Source of the DNA: Chiloscyllium plagiosum | Taxonomy: Eukaryota | Direction: 5' to 3' | NCBI RefSeq assembly: GCF_004010195.1 | Contig: NC_057718.1 | Location: 27,117,733-27,173,817, forward strand | DNA: 56,085 nucleotides | Shown here: piece after piece, positions 36,009 to 48,382 of the stretch | Numbering within the stretch: position 1 is the stretch's first letter | Layout: each line of letters starts with the position of its first letter | Position numbers and translations under genes: made by a program | Notes under the pieces: model-generated | The model's input: only the letters and a program-made list of their open reading frames with translations | Told to the model about the DNA's origin: nothing | Database searches by the model: none

Positions 36009-36769
36009 CAGGCAATTAGAATCTCTTAAATTGAGGACTGACTCCAAGCAGGCTAGCCAGCCACCGTCAGTATACTGTGCACTAGTAAATAAAGGGTGAC
36101 TTGGTGATGGGACCTGGCCTCCCTGGCAGTTATTTCACTTGCTCCTCCCCCAACTCTGAAATTTTGAAGGAGTCAGGTCAGAATATCATGGCATTTTACA
36201 GGAGTGTTGTATTATGGGGGAGCCCTAGCCCGAGGTCAGGAATCGTTTTACAGGTAAATTCAAAAGGTCTTGACAACTTTTCATGTCATAACAAAATGGT
36301 CGAAGAGTTCAATAGATTTTAATACAGGTTTTGATGATAGGGCTTTTGTCTTAAAAAGTGATTGACTATTAAATTGGCCAGCACTGTGAAAATAGAAATG
36401 CATTCAGATGCCTGAGGATAAATTAATCTTCTTCTGCATTAAACAATAGCAATGTTCACATATGACTATGTCAGCGGTCCCCTGTGATTCAATCTTTTTT
36501 ATTGAATGACAGTTCAGACTCAGCCCTCCGCTTGTAAGCTTGAAAAGATATTCAAACTGTTTGATAGACAGCTCAGTTTTGTACTTTATGGAGCTGGGTG
36601 AGCAGATGTGGGGGCACACCAGGCTATGGTGAAATCCTCAAGGGCTTGGTGATAAAACTTGGAGTCACAGGACTATTGAAGGGGAATGAGTGACTGGAGG
36701 TTAGTTAGGCCTCACACAGATCTTGTTAAATGGGACAATGACCCTGAAACTCAAATGGCACCTTCCACC

Positions 36770-36955
36770 CTCCGAACTCTCCCATTTAACTTGGAAATAT
36801 ATCACTGTTTCTTCACTGTTGCTAGATCAAAATTCTAGACAGCGCTGTGGGTGTACCTACACCAAATGGACAGCAATAGTTCAAGAAGGCAGTTCATCAC
36901 CACCTTCTAAAGGAGAAGTAGGGATGGGCAATAAGTGATGTCCTATCACTTGAAT
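36770..36955 (+). mobile_element. L2/CR1-group LINE 3' end
   Basis: GTTCAAGAAGGCAGTTCATCACCACCTTCT...AGGGATGGGCAATAA; the tail is shared with the SINE at 40050-40395. Confidence 0.6.
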
Positions 36956-39494
36956 GGATAATTTAAAAAGGTAGACTACTTTCCAAATGGGGCAGAAAGG
37001 TTATAGCATTGAGCTCATCTTTTAGGCTGAATAGCATGTCTAGAAGCACAGACAATCTGGTTCAGCCTGGGACAGGTTGCTGCATGGGGAACTGGAATGG
37101 AGTTGTGGAGTGTGTAGTTTCAGTTTTTTCGATGTTTAATCTTTGGAAATTGCGAATGATTCATGGATGACCTGTGGTCATTTCCAACTGTAAGGCTTTA
37201 TCTATCAGTATTTCAAAACAAAACAAATTATTTCCCTACCTTCACACCCCAAACCCACAACACCCATCCCCCACCCTCCAGCCCAGTCCTGTGTTCCTTT
37301 CCCAAAATTCACAAGTTTTTCCAAATTTCATTATGGTGTTGCTCAACTGTTATCACTTATATCACCTTCCCCTAAAAAGCAAAATACTACACTAAATCTG
37401 CTGAAAAGTTCTGGGATAAAAACGCCAAATGCTAAATTCATACACTGGTCAGTCAGTACCTGTGGAGAGGATAAACATAATTACATTTTGTGTAAAGTTG
37501 CTTCTTTGAAGCACAAACAACTAGAATTTCCACAGGATTGTTCTGATATCTTCTGTTAATCTCAATGAAAATCTAAAGGGAATGTTAGTTTTTAACCAGA
37601 AGCCCCAGAGTTAAATGCCTTTGTTAACTTCTACTCAGAGCCTTCAAAAGTAGCTCACATCAAAAATATCATTCTGTCTAACTGTTCCTCAGATCACGGC
37701 TGATCTTATAACTTGCCAACATTTCTGTTCTTGTTGACTACTTTCTCCTTGGCATAATTCTACAATATTCACCTCAGTCTTTCATCTAATTCTCTCAATA
37801 TCGCATGTTTAAAATGAAGTTATATTTTATGTGCAGTAGTTGAGAGTATAACTTGCAATCCTTGGATGAAAAAAAGGTGAGTTCTATATAACAAATAATA
37901 TTAAAAATAAAATGTAAAATGTTGTTTGTTCTTAATATTTATGCCTCAGGTGGAAATACGGTGAAGGTTGTAAAAACAGGTTATCTTAAGAACTCAATAA
38001 CGTACTATCCATAAATGCCACATTATGAAATATTTCTTCCATGAAACAAAAAGTGCAGCAAATCCCTATTTTTCCAATTGCATAGATAATCCAGTTTATG
38101 GAAATGTTTTCATTTTGTTTGTGTTTAAACAGGTTTTTTTTTGGCAGGAGACCAAACATGACGTGAAAATACTTCTTCAACAGGTGAACCATCATGTTTG
38201 TACTGCTAACAAAAGAGGAAATACAGCCTTACATTTCTTTATTTCACAGTGGTTCAATGGAGGTAGCTATATATCCAAAAAAGTCCCCAAATCTGAATTA
38301 GTGTCAAAGAATTTGCACAGTTCCAACCGACTTAGCTAAATATTTACCCTGGAAAAGTTAGAGGAACTAAAACGTACTGTAACTCCAGGTAACCATTAAA
38401 CTGACAATTCCCCAAACCCCATCACCCTTGCACTGTTCCATCCTGGCCCTGACCCACCCCGGCCCCAACCCACCATCACCTGAAGACTTACCACTAATCC
38501 CCTCTCCACCCTAAACACACCAAATATCCCTCACCCACCTTCTGACTGGATGACTGACCCCTCCACCACATCATCCTCCTAGATTTGACACTCTCCCCCA
38601 GACTTAACTCTCTGTGGCCTACACTCTGCACACATTTACTTACCTGCATCTGCCAACCATCTGATCAACCTTACCCATCTGTTACTCCCACCTACAAACC
38701 ATTTACTCACCCACACTCATTCACTGTAAATCAATCCCATTGAATGTTAAATATGAAATATTAATTTTAATTGTTAATAAATTACAATGACATTAAAACT
38801 TTAAAGTAAATTTTAAAAATTACAAGGTACATTTACAAATAACCAATTAAAAATGGAGATTTACAAACAGAAAAAGTAATATAAAGCTGCAATATTACAG
38901 AAATATGATTAACCCAGAAACGGTAAGCATTATCTCCACATTGTTTGCTGCTACTTTTAGGAACTCAGAAGTCTTGCCAAAACAAAGACAGAAAGTTAAA
39001 AAGGCCTTATTTGATCCATTTAGCTTTGGTTGAATCTGTTCTGATGGCAATTGGAGGTTCTGAGTCTATGACTCTACGCTGGCAAGAAGTTTCCAATTTT
39101 AAAGCTCAAATCAGAGGCAATTACATGTCTTTCTACTTAAAATATGATGGCATTATTAGGTCCACTTTACCTCCATCTTGGAAAAGATAACATCAGGCTA
39201 AAGAACACAATTCCACCTCAGGCCCCCTCCACTTATGCACACGCCCAGATTTGGTCACCCTGCAAGCGTTAGGTATCAGGAGATATTGCAATCCCAATTT
39301 TTGAAAAATGTCTTTACCCAGAGAATGGTAAGATGTGGAACTTGTTATCACAGGGGTTAGTTAACACAAACAGCACACAGGACTTCAGCAAATATAAACT
39401 CTAACACAAACCAACAGAGCCAAATAACTATCTTCTGTCCTCCTCAGAACATTCATCATGTTATGCCCCAAAGAAAAATTTTCTTGACACTTAC

Positions 39495-39564
39495 CCAGTG
39501 CCCCCTGGCAGATATCTGTGCGGGATGCCTCTCCAATAATAAACTTGGGGTCTGCACACAGATC
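39495..39564 (-). CDS. CAPN2: Calpain coding exon 2 (70 nt)
   Basis: Acceptor ttattcAG, then DLCADPKFIIGEASRTDICQGAL(G), then donor GTAAGT. In frame with exon 1. Confidence 0.95.
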
Positions 39565-40049
39565 CTGAATAATTAAACAGAAATAAAGAAATGGAGAAAG
39601 AACTTCACTTTTATTTCTATTTTTAATCTTGTCTAGCTACAATAAAAAATTTTTGCTTATTACCAAGAGACATGAACAGTTTTATATTTATAGTTATCTG
39701 TCAGATGCACTAAAAGGACAAGGGTTCATAATTCACAAGAGTTCTCTGCATTCACAATGGAAAAATAATCTATTTTCTACATTAGCTATCAATACCCTCT
39801 GCCAAAGAAATCGATAACACTTGTGCAAATATCAACAAAATGTATTGTTGGTCAATCACTGGCAGTCAGGAATGGTTTCGAGAGAGCCTAAATTCATATC
39901 ACACAGCAAGGTTATCCTCTGCAGAGTTCAGTTTAGATTATGACCATTAAATGGTTTTAGAAACTCTGGAATCAGTTGACATTTTATAAAAATAAACAAT
40001 GTACAAATCAATTCAACATGTCTGTAGAAGCTTGGATCTTTTTTAAAAA

Positions 40050-40395
40050 TTAATTCATGGGATGAGGGCGTCGCTGGCTATGCCAGCATTTATTGCCCAT
40101 CCCTAATTGCCCAAATAGCAGTTAAGAATCAATCACATTTCTGCAAGACTGGAATCACATATAGGCCCAACAGGGTAAGCATGGCAGTTTCCTTCTCTAC
40201 AGGGCATTGGTGAAACAGATGGGATTTTCCTGACAACTGACAATAGATTCATGTCATCATTAGACTCTTCATTCCAAATTTTTACTGAATTTAAATTCCA
40301 CCATCTACCATGGCAGGATTCAGTCATGGTCCCCAGAACATTTCCAGGTCTCTGGATTAATAGTCTAATGATAATACCACTGGGCCATCACCTCC
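40050..40395 (-). mobile_element. tRNA-derived SINE with a LINE-derived tail
   Basis: Minus strand begins GGTGATGGCCCAGTGGTATT (A-box-like) and ends GGGCAATTAGGGATGGGCAATAAATGCTGGC...CCCATGAAT. Confidence 0.75.
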
Positions 40396-41121
40396 TGTAA
40401 AATATAACAGACTATATTAGATACACTACTCTCACTGTCCTATGTTTATATTCAACAACAAAATAATGCATAAAAGTTCGTTTCCCAAATAAATTGTACA
40501 GCTTAGCATGTCTGTTAACAAAGCCATCCTCATTCCCAAAAGGAATCAAGAAGTCATCTCAATTTTTACCTTTGGGCAAGTAAAGGACAAGACAGAGCAT
40601 AGGAGTTTGTGACTGCTTCCCTCACAACTTTATACCTGTACAACAGGTGGAGTGCAAAAGTTGGAAGAGCATTAAGGAGCAGGGACCATTCCATAGAAGT
40701 CACAATAATTGCTGTATTTTGGGTATAAAGTCTGTATACATCAATTTATGTGCTTAAAGTTCAAACCATTGCTATTAGAGTTTTAAACATTCCCACGATG
40801 TAAATTGCCTTTGCCATGAAGATGAAATCATGAGTAGGAAGCACACTAATGAAATTTAAATAAATTTGAAGTTGCTGTGTGTTAGAATATGGTCTAAGGC
40901 AATTGCAATGGGTGATGAGGTGTATATGCATTGGTCTCATTGATGCTGACAATTCATTGTGATTTAGGAGAACAGCCAGCACGAACCTTGTTATTCAATG
41001 GTTCTATTGGTAGTTTGTGACATCAGGTTTCACTGACGGCACTCCTTAAAAAGAAGGTTCACACTGATAGCAGACAACAGTGAGTAGTTATGAAGACAGA
41101 ACTGGCTCAGAGTTCTTCAAT

Positions 41122-41191
41122 GCTGAAAATGTGTTGCTGGAAAAGCGCAGCAGGTCAGGCAGCATCAAAGGAACAGGAGAATCGACGTTTC
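41122..41191 (-). mobile_element. 70-bp PLE pLTR fragment with an 11-bp TSD
   Basis: TSD AGTTCTTCAAT at 41111-41121 and 41192-41202; near-identical to 18251-18320. Confidence 0.85.
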
Positions 41192-41929
41192 AGTTCTTCA
41201 ATACCATGTTTAAGAATTTTTTCTAGGCTATTGAGATAAAGAGGGAAACTTTGTTCGGAAAGAAGCAGAAAATGTTGTAGGATACCTCCTCAGAGAGACA
41301 GGATTTCACAAGGAATTAATTCTGATACTGTGACTGCAGGGCTGGAGAAAGTTCAATAACCTGCCAGGTTTGTCTCAATAAGAAACTTATGAATCATATT
41401 TTCCACTCGTTCACCATCTGCAGACTCATTCAATGCTCTTGATGCTCCCTGCTTCTTTACAACCAATGCAGGACATAAAACATTGCACTTACTACCCTTA
41501 CCACCACAGCAATCTTCACTACCCCACAGCTCACATCTTGCCTTTGTTGGTACAGTCTGTATATAATTCACAAGGTGGTCATTAACACACTTCCTACTTT
41601 CTTGCAAGAAGTCACACAAAATATGCAGCAGGAGACCACAATCAGATAGGTTCAAGCTGTCTCCATGCTGACTATTATGATTGGGGAATGAGGTGTTTTG
41701 TCGGAGGAGGATATTGCACAAGATTTGTTCACACCTTCGCTCTCCCAAGGAGGAGGAGGAAATGGTTGAAAATAGACAGCAATATCTGACATTTAAAAAA
41801 AATACACCCCCTACATAAAACAAATAAATTAAACACAATTGATTAAATACATTTATGCATTTTCAAAGCAATAATGGCAAAATGGCTGTGATGAGGAAAA
41901 CAAAAAATATTATTAGGAATTAAACAGTA

Positions 41930-43535
41930 GTCAGCCAGTCATGCATCAGAATTGCTCCCCCATTCAAGAAAATCATATCTAACTGATCATGACTAACTCC
42001 ACCTTCCTGCCTGTCCTCATAACTTTGTCAATCAAATAATTCTCTAATGCAATCCTGAATAAATTCAATACCTCAACTTTACTAGAATTCTGCTTCACAG
42101 TCCGCAACAAAATAATTCATCCTGATCTCCACTTTAAATGAAAGATAGTTTATTTTGAAATGGTGACTCCAGCCAACATTCCCATAAAAAGGGAAACATC
42201 TTCACAGTAGTTTCCCAATCAAGTCCCTTCAGGATCTTATATGTTTCAGTGAGACCCTCTTATTCTTCCAAACTCCAATCAGTATAGGCCACCATCCCCC
42301 TCACCCTATCTGTGTAACCCCATGTTTCTCATGGGAAATCCACCCAACCTAGACATTCTACTTGGACACTTTGGGGTATTTAGCACAGCCAATACAGCTA
42401 ACCTGCATATCCCTGCACAATTTAGCACAGCCAATACAGCTATCTTGCACATCCCTGGACAATAGGTTTAACCTTTCCTGATAAGACAACTCCCTTCATC
42501 CTCGGAATCAACCAAGTGAATCATTACTGGATTGCTGCCAATGCAAATATATCCCCCTCTTAAATAAGACGACCAAACTTACACAAAATATCCTGGATGT
42601 GGTTTCACAAAGGCCCTACAGAATTGTAACAAAACAAACCCATTTTGTTCTCCATTCCCTTTGCAATAAAAGCCAACATTCCATTCGCCTTCCTAACTAA
42701 TTGCTCTGCCTACATGCTAACATTTTGTGATTCATGTTCAGGGAAATGAGAATCAATGAAATTTGTGATTTGTGTCCGACAACTATGTTGTATTAGAAAC
42801 ATCCAACTAATCTGACTCATATCATATTCTGTCAAGTGTCCCTGCTGAGAACCCATAAGGTCATAGACATAGGAGCAGAATTAGGCCATTCAGCCCATTG
42901 AGTCAGCTCCACCATGGCTCATATATTTCTCAACCCCATTCTCCTGCTTTCTTCCTGTAACTTTTGATCTCCTTACTAATGAAGAGCCTATCTATCTCTG
43001 TCTTAAAAACACTCAGTGACTTGGCCTCCACAGCTTTCTGCGGTGATGTGTCCCACAAATTAACCACTCTCTGGTTGAAAAAATTCTTTTTCATCTCAGT
43101 TTTAAAGGGTTGCACCTTTGCTCTGAGGTTGTGCCTTAGGGTCCTAGTCTCTCTTACACCTTCTTCATGTCCACTCCATCCAGACCTCCCAGTCTTCAGT
43201 TTCAATTAGTTTCCCCTTCATCCTTCTAAACTCCATCAAGTACCAACCCAGACTCCTCAACAGCTCCTCATATGATAAGTCCTTTATCTGCTGACTCATT
43301 CTTGGAAACCTCCTCTGGACCCCTCCAATGCCAGAACCTCCTTCCTTTAATACAGGGCCTAAAACTGCTCACAATATTCTAAATGTGGTCTGACCAGAGC
43401 CTTCTACAGCCTCAGTAGTATATCTCTGCTCTTGTATTCTAGCCCTCTTGAAATGAATGCTAACATTGCATTTGCCTTTCTAACTGCCCAATAAAGTGCA
43501 TTACAACTTTGAAAGAATTCTAAACTGGGACTCCC
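41930..43535 (-). mobile_element. Two CR1-group LINE 3' fragments with an HE1 piece at about 42290-42460
   Basis: ORF 42930-43205 (FKTEMKKNFFNQRVVNLW...AVEAKSLSVFKTEIDR) and LYKALVRPHLEYC-like segments. Confidence 0.8.
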
Positions 43536-43539
43536 AGCT

Positions 43540-43732
43540 GGGTTCAGATTCCGCACCAGGGCTCACAGTCTAATGCAGTACTGACAGAGTGCCACAGAGT
43601 CAGAGGTGTCATTTTTCCAGCGAGGCATTAAACTGAGGAGCCATGTGCCTGCTCAGGTGAATGTAGAAGATCCCAGAGCAATGTCTATCAACAGTCAACA
43701 TTACAAAAATAACAGATGACCCGATTACATGT
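43540..43732 (+). mobile_element. Deu-domain SINE remnant (SacSINE1/AmnSINE1-like)
   Basis: TGCAGTACTGA.AGAGTGC...GAGGTGTC.T.TTT.CAG.GAG.CATTAAACTGAGG...CTCAGGTGAATGTA.AAGATCCCA resembles the Deu core as I recall it. Confidence 0.65.
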
Positions 43733-43869
43733 TTTAAACCATGAGTGTGATTGATGGTGCTGGAATACAGATGCTGATCTGCGATGGGAACCAGCTTCCA
43801 CTGATAGTTGCACTCGGTAAAAAAAAACCGTGAGGCTATAGCACTAGGTAACTATCTGACATGACATGA

Positions 43870-44225
43870 CATAAATCATGGAACCATAGACTGTCCACAG
43901 TGTGGAGGCAGGTCCTGAGACCCTTGGAGTTCACACCAACCCTCCAAAGAGTATCCCCACCCAGACCAGCTGCCCCCACCCTATCCGTGTAACTCTGTGT
44001 TTCCAATGGGAAATCCACCCAACTTGGGGCAATTTAGCACGGCCAATACAGCTAACCTGCACATCCCTGCACAATTTAGCAGAGCCCATACAGCTAACCT
44101 GCACATCTTTGGAGTATGGGAGTAAAACCCCTCAGACACGGAGAATGTGCAAACTCCACACAGTCACCTGAGGCTGGAATCGAACCGGAGTCCCTGACGC
44201 TCTGAGGCAGCAGTGCTATTACCAC
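43870..44225 (-). mobile_element. HE1 SINE with an internal tandem duplication
   Basis: HE1 body and head; repeated AATTTAGCA..GCC.ATACAGCTAACCTGCACATC. Confidence 0.85.
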
Positions 44226-44578
44226 ACCTTCCACACTTTATTCCGCTGTACAAATAAAATCGAAACCAGTACAGACAGGTACACTTATTAGTTCTCTACT
44301 CTAGATATTTCTCGGAGCCGAGAATGCTTCGTTTTGTCTTGTCTCTAACAGCTCGAGTGTGTTTCTGCTTCGAGGATTGTCACATTTGGTGGCACATCTC
44401 GATATTTCTTTTTTTCTTCTGAAGAGGAATTTCACATCACCGGCACCGACCCTAGGATTCCCAGCTGTTTTGATGAACCCGCTAGTTATTACTCAGTAGA
44501 AGCATCGAGTTGAAATTAACTAAAGTGATAAACGAATGAATACAATCAAATATCTGCTGCGAGAGGAAAGCTGAGTAC

Positions 44579-44815
44579 CGTGGGGCGTTTCCACTCGACG
44601 TCTCTGGTCTTGTATGAACCCGGTCCCAGTTCATTGTAGCCCAGAGCCGAAGGGCAGGCGGGGAAGGTCTCGTCACAGAACAGAGTCCCAGTTTCCAAGC
44701 ATTGCTGCCGCAGTGCTTCAAAATCCTGGTTGAGGAATTTCACGGGCTGCACATGGGAACCGATCCCCTCCGCCTGCCCTCGCAGCTTCTTGATCCGACT
44801 TGCCATCCCTGACAT
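44579..44815 (-). CDS. CAPN2: Calpain catalytic subunit (CAPN2/CAPN8-like), coding exon 1 (237 nt)
   Basis: Encodes MSGMASRIKKLRGQAEGIGSHVQPVKFLNQDFEALRQQCLETGTLFCDETFPACPSALGYNELGPGSYKTRDVEWKRPT, followed by donor GTACTC. Matches the N-terminus of classical calpains. The symbol is tentative because several residues are CAPN8-like. Confidence 0.95.
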
Positions 44816-45260
44816 AATGAGAACCTAGCGGCAGCTTCACGCTCTTCAGCGGCTGGAGACGGAAACTGGTCGAAAAGCAGCAGCAGAGTCGCGCCTTGGA
44901 GCGAACTCCTGCAGAGTGTGTGTGGGTGTTCGCGTGTATGTGTCACACAGTCTGGGCTGGGCGACGCTTCATCCACGCCAACACCTGCACTGCAAAGAAT
45001 AGATGTGGGGAGATTATGTGACCGCCCAGCAGAGGGTTTTATTTGGAATATTCCGACCGCCTTTTGCCAAATCACAACCCCAACAGCACGTATTCTCAAT
45101 CACTGCACTGGGGTCATATGTGATGGCATTCGATCTCCCAAGGTGAAGGTGCTATATGGGTAATGCCTTATTACGGGTTCTATTAAAATTTCCTCTTTTA
45201 ATTTTGGCAGGACGTACCTTCGGAAATTTCTTTTGATGCTGACGGAAGTGCGTTTATAAG
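44816..45260 (-). promoter_or_regulatory. CpG-rich 5' UTR and proximal promoter of the calpain gene
   Basis: CpG density is locally high compared with the CpG-poor background. GC-box-like CCGCCC near 45022 and ETS-like CGGAAGT near 45243 lie directly upstream of the ATG. Confidence 0.6.
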
Positions 45261-45374
45261 AAATCAATGCCTAACATCACAGACAGAAGTAAATGTGCAG
45301 AGTCGCATTTCCCCAGTAGATAGTTGCATTGTAGTCACTGGATAATATTTCTTCTGTTGGCTTCAGGACTCTTA

Positions 45375-45465
45375 AAAGGCTCCACAGCACTGAGGATATC
45401 GCCTAGAAAGGGAACGAAAAGTCTCCAAACCAAATTCCCAGCTCGGCAAACATACCCACAACAAC
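45375..45465 (+). mobile_element. Family-C PLE pLTR remnant with a decayed HHR
   Basis: GCACTGAGGATATCGCCTAGAAAGGGAACGAAAAGTC...AAATTCCCAGCTCGGC matches 29593-29640. Confidence 0.75.
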
Positions 45466-46064
45466 TTTGAAAATGTACACAAATATATATTTCTAGGAAT
45501 ATTGACCAAAGATTATCTGACAATGTTTTGGAAGTTCAGTTCTAGAATGTGGATTTTGTTGACCATCTAATTGTTGTTGAGAAGGTGATAGTGGGCCACT
45601 TCTTGAACCAGTGGAATCCATGTGGTGCAGACATTGCCCCTGGTTTTGGGAGGTAGGAACTTCCAGGAGTTTGACCCAGCACTGCAGAAATGGTGATAAA
45701 TTCTAAAGTGATGTATAACTTGAAGATGATGTTCCCGTGCAGCTGCTGTCCCCACCCTTTACAGTGAATGAGGTTTTAGGCTTGGGAGTTGCCCTTGCTT
45801 TTAACTGTTTCAATTATCAGTGTGAGAAAATCTTATCCAGTTGACATTTATTATGGAAAACAAGCATTTCTATCGAGTACATATTTAACACATTTGCAAG
45901 CAGCCTATTCCAAGTTTGGACAAGTGACACCTCAGAATCGAAAGACTAAGGAGCATGACAAAGTTTTCTTCCATACCAATACCAATAACCCTTTCATCCT
46001 TTGGACACATGGGTCAAGACAATAATAACCTTTTAATAATGGGGAAATGTCCGTAAAGATTTTT

Positions 46065-46575
46065 ACCAATTTTTATAGATGCATTGTAGAAAGCATTCTA
46101 TCTGGAATGCTTTGTACGGCAACTGCCCTGCCCTGCCCTGGACCATTAGAAACTACAGAGAGTTGTGAACACAGCCCAATCCATCATCCAAGAAAACCTT
46201 CCATCCATTGACTCCAACTTTACTTCTCACTGCCTCAGGAAGACAGCCAACATAATCAAAAACCCCTCGCAACCCGATTATAATCACTTCCAAACTCTTC
46301 CATCAGGCAGAAGCTCAAAAGCTTTAACACATGTACCAACAGATTCAACATCAGCTTCTTCCCCGCTGTTATTAGACTTCTGAATGGACATCTCAAATTT
46401 TAAATTTAATGTTGATCTCACTCTTTGTGCACCTTCTCTGCAGCCGTAACATTGTATTCCTCACTCTGTCCTATTGTCCTAATGCACTTTCTATGGTATG
46501 ATCTGCCTGTACTGCACACAAAACTTTTCACTGTACCTAGGTATATAGAACAATACTAAGTCAAATCAAATCAAA
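46065..46575 (+). mobile_element. Rex1/Babar LINE 3' fragment
   Basis: NFYRCIVESILSG...YGNC...KLQRVVNTAQSI...LPSIDS...LPSGR; ends in a (TCAAA)n tail. Confidence 0.82.
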
Positions 46576-47039
46576 AAGCAACAGTTTGGCCCAATTCTCA
46601 CCTGATATCCCATTCATACTCACATTGCAGTAGAGTCACTAGATAGCGATCAGAATCATGAACCAAAGTTAAGTTTATATTACAGATTAGTTTTCGTGAA
46701 TTTGGACAGGGACAAATTCATGACATTAAATTCATTTTAGAAGTTAAATTATTTTAGATCTTAAATAGCATTAACCTTTTTCCATCTTTCCTGTCATTTT
46801 CAGTGATTTGAAAAAAAAACTTGAAAAAAGGTTCATGCTGACCTCATAGTAATGAATGAATTGCATCGGAATATTGGCTGAAACACAAGTCAAATGGATA
46901 CAACTGGATTGAGGGAGGTACATAGATGGCTATGAATCTGTGTGGTTTCAATCCAGTTCCTAAATTTAAATGCCATTCCATGATACACCACTACCCAACA
47001 CTAGAACTTTAGTTTGAGTATTGCAGAACAATCAGGGCG

Positions 47040-47280
47040 GCAGGTTTAAAACAGAGATGAGGAGGAATTAATTCTCTCAAAGGGGTATGAATCTGAGGAA
47101 TTCACCGTCTCGAGTGCAGTGGAGGCCAGAATACTGAAGACATTTAAGGAGGAGATAGATTTTTAGTTAGAGACAGGTTAAAAGATTATTGGCAGCAGAC
47201 TAGAAAGTGGAGTTGAGACTGATGAGATCAGCCATGATTATATTACAGCAGGCTCAACTCCTGCTTCTAATTCTTATGTT
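47040..47280 (+). mobile_element. CR1-group LINE 3' end
   Basis: FKTEMRRN-like segment and GATCAGCCATGAT...CTCCTGCTTCTAATTCTTATGTT tail. Confidence 0.7.
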
Positions 47281-47861
47281 CAATCAGTGCCTTTGTAACT
47301 CCTGGAATGCTAAAGGTATCCATGCCCATACACTGCTAGATATGTATAAAATTTAGCCTCAGGCTGGTAAGTGGGAAATACCATTTGTGCCACACTTTCC
47401 CACATTGAGTTCTGCCTCCCTCATTCTATGACGATTAATGACTTTCTTCTTCCAATTACAGAAATTTCTGTCTCTCCTAAATTAGCAACAGCTTGAATAT
47501 ACAACAATTGTTCTTTCATCCAAGTCATTGACACAATGATGGACCAAAGTACCAAATTACATTTTGGAGTTTTGAACAGTACATATATTTTTTTAAACTA
47601 AAACTGCAAACTGAGCCTGACTGATAATGTAACTTCAAAGCATGGAATTCACTGACTGTCTGAAGATAATTTGTGTAAAGCCCTTGAATATTGTACCTCA
47701 TAAGGTGCCAAGGAAGCTTGAAAAAGTGAAAGACTTCAAAAGGTTGAAGTGGAAGGTAATCTAATTTCCCACCTCATTTCAGCAGGAAAGCATCTCCTGT
47801 GGGTTATATTCCAGACTGGCAACATCAGTCTGTGCTTTGCCCTTTCGGTAATATACAAAAC

Positions 47862-48382
47862 AGTTCTGGATGTAAGTTTGCTTGCTGAGTTGGTAGGTTA
47901 GTTTTCAGATGTTTTGGCACCATACTAGGTAACATCATCAGTGAGCCTTCGGTGAAGCATTGGTGTTGTGACCCTCTTTCTATTTATGTGTTTAGGTTTC
48001 CTTGGGTTAGTGATGTCATTTCCCGTGGTGATGTTATTTCCTGTTCTTTTTCTCCTACTATCACTAGTATCCTTACATGCAGATGAGGAAGGACACCACT
48101 TCGACTGGGACAAAACATCCACCCTAGGATAAGACAAACAGAGACACTCGCAAGAATTCCTAGAAGTATGGAATTCCAACCAGAACTCTATCAACAAACA
48201 CATCGACTTGGACCCCATTTACCATCCTCTGAGAAAAAGAACAAGAAATGACATTACCAAAGGAAATTACACCACAAACCCAAGGAAACCTAAACACCAG
48301 TATTTCACCAGAGGCTCACTGTTGATGTTACCTAGTATGGTGATGAACCTCAACCTGAACTCAAATCTTCTCAAAACTCACT
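47862..48382. mobile_element. Family-C-related PLE fold-back remnant
   Basis: Inverted arms CACCATACTAGGTAACATC / GATGTTACCTAGTATGGTG; central GIY-YIG C-terminal HHFDWD...QEFLEVWNS...SINKHIDLDPIY. Confidence 0.8.

Larger units (their letters stand above)
32408..36137 (+). mobile_element. Gypsy-like LTR retrotransposon remnant (two LTRs and decayed gag) with multiple nested insertions
   Basis: The 5' LTR runs TGTAGT...TTATTTCA (ends 33714) and is followed by a PBS-like GTGGTG. The LTR 3' part recurs at about 36009-36137. gag-like LFGKLDSFDP...WAQYVERM...LLTVCGP...TKTFQELTELVKEYYDPK...LAEACEFG at about 33795-34440. Confidence 0.8.

Noticed and set aside
38400..38720. C-rich low-complexity tract
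   Set aside because: No regular period or coding signal; probably a decayed repeat.
41353..41838. 161-aa minus-strand ORF in intron 1
   Set aside because: No recognisable domain, non-ATG start, and no splice context found.
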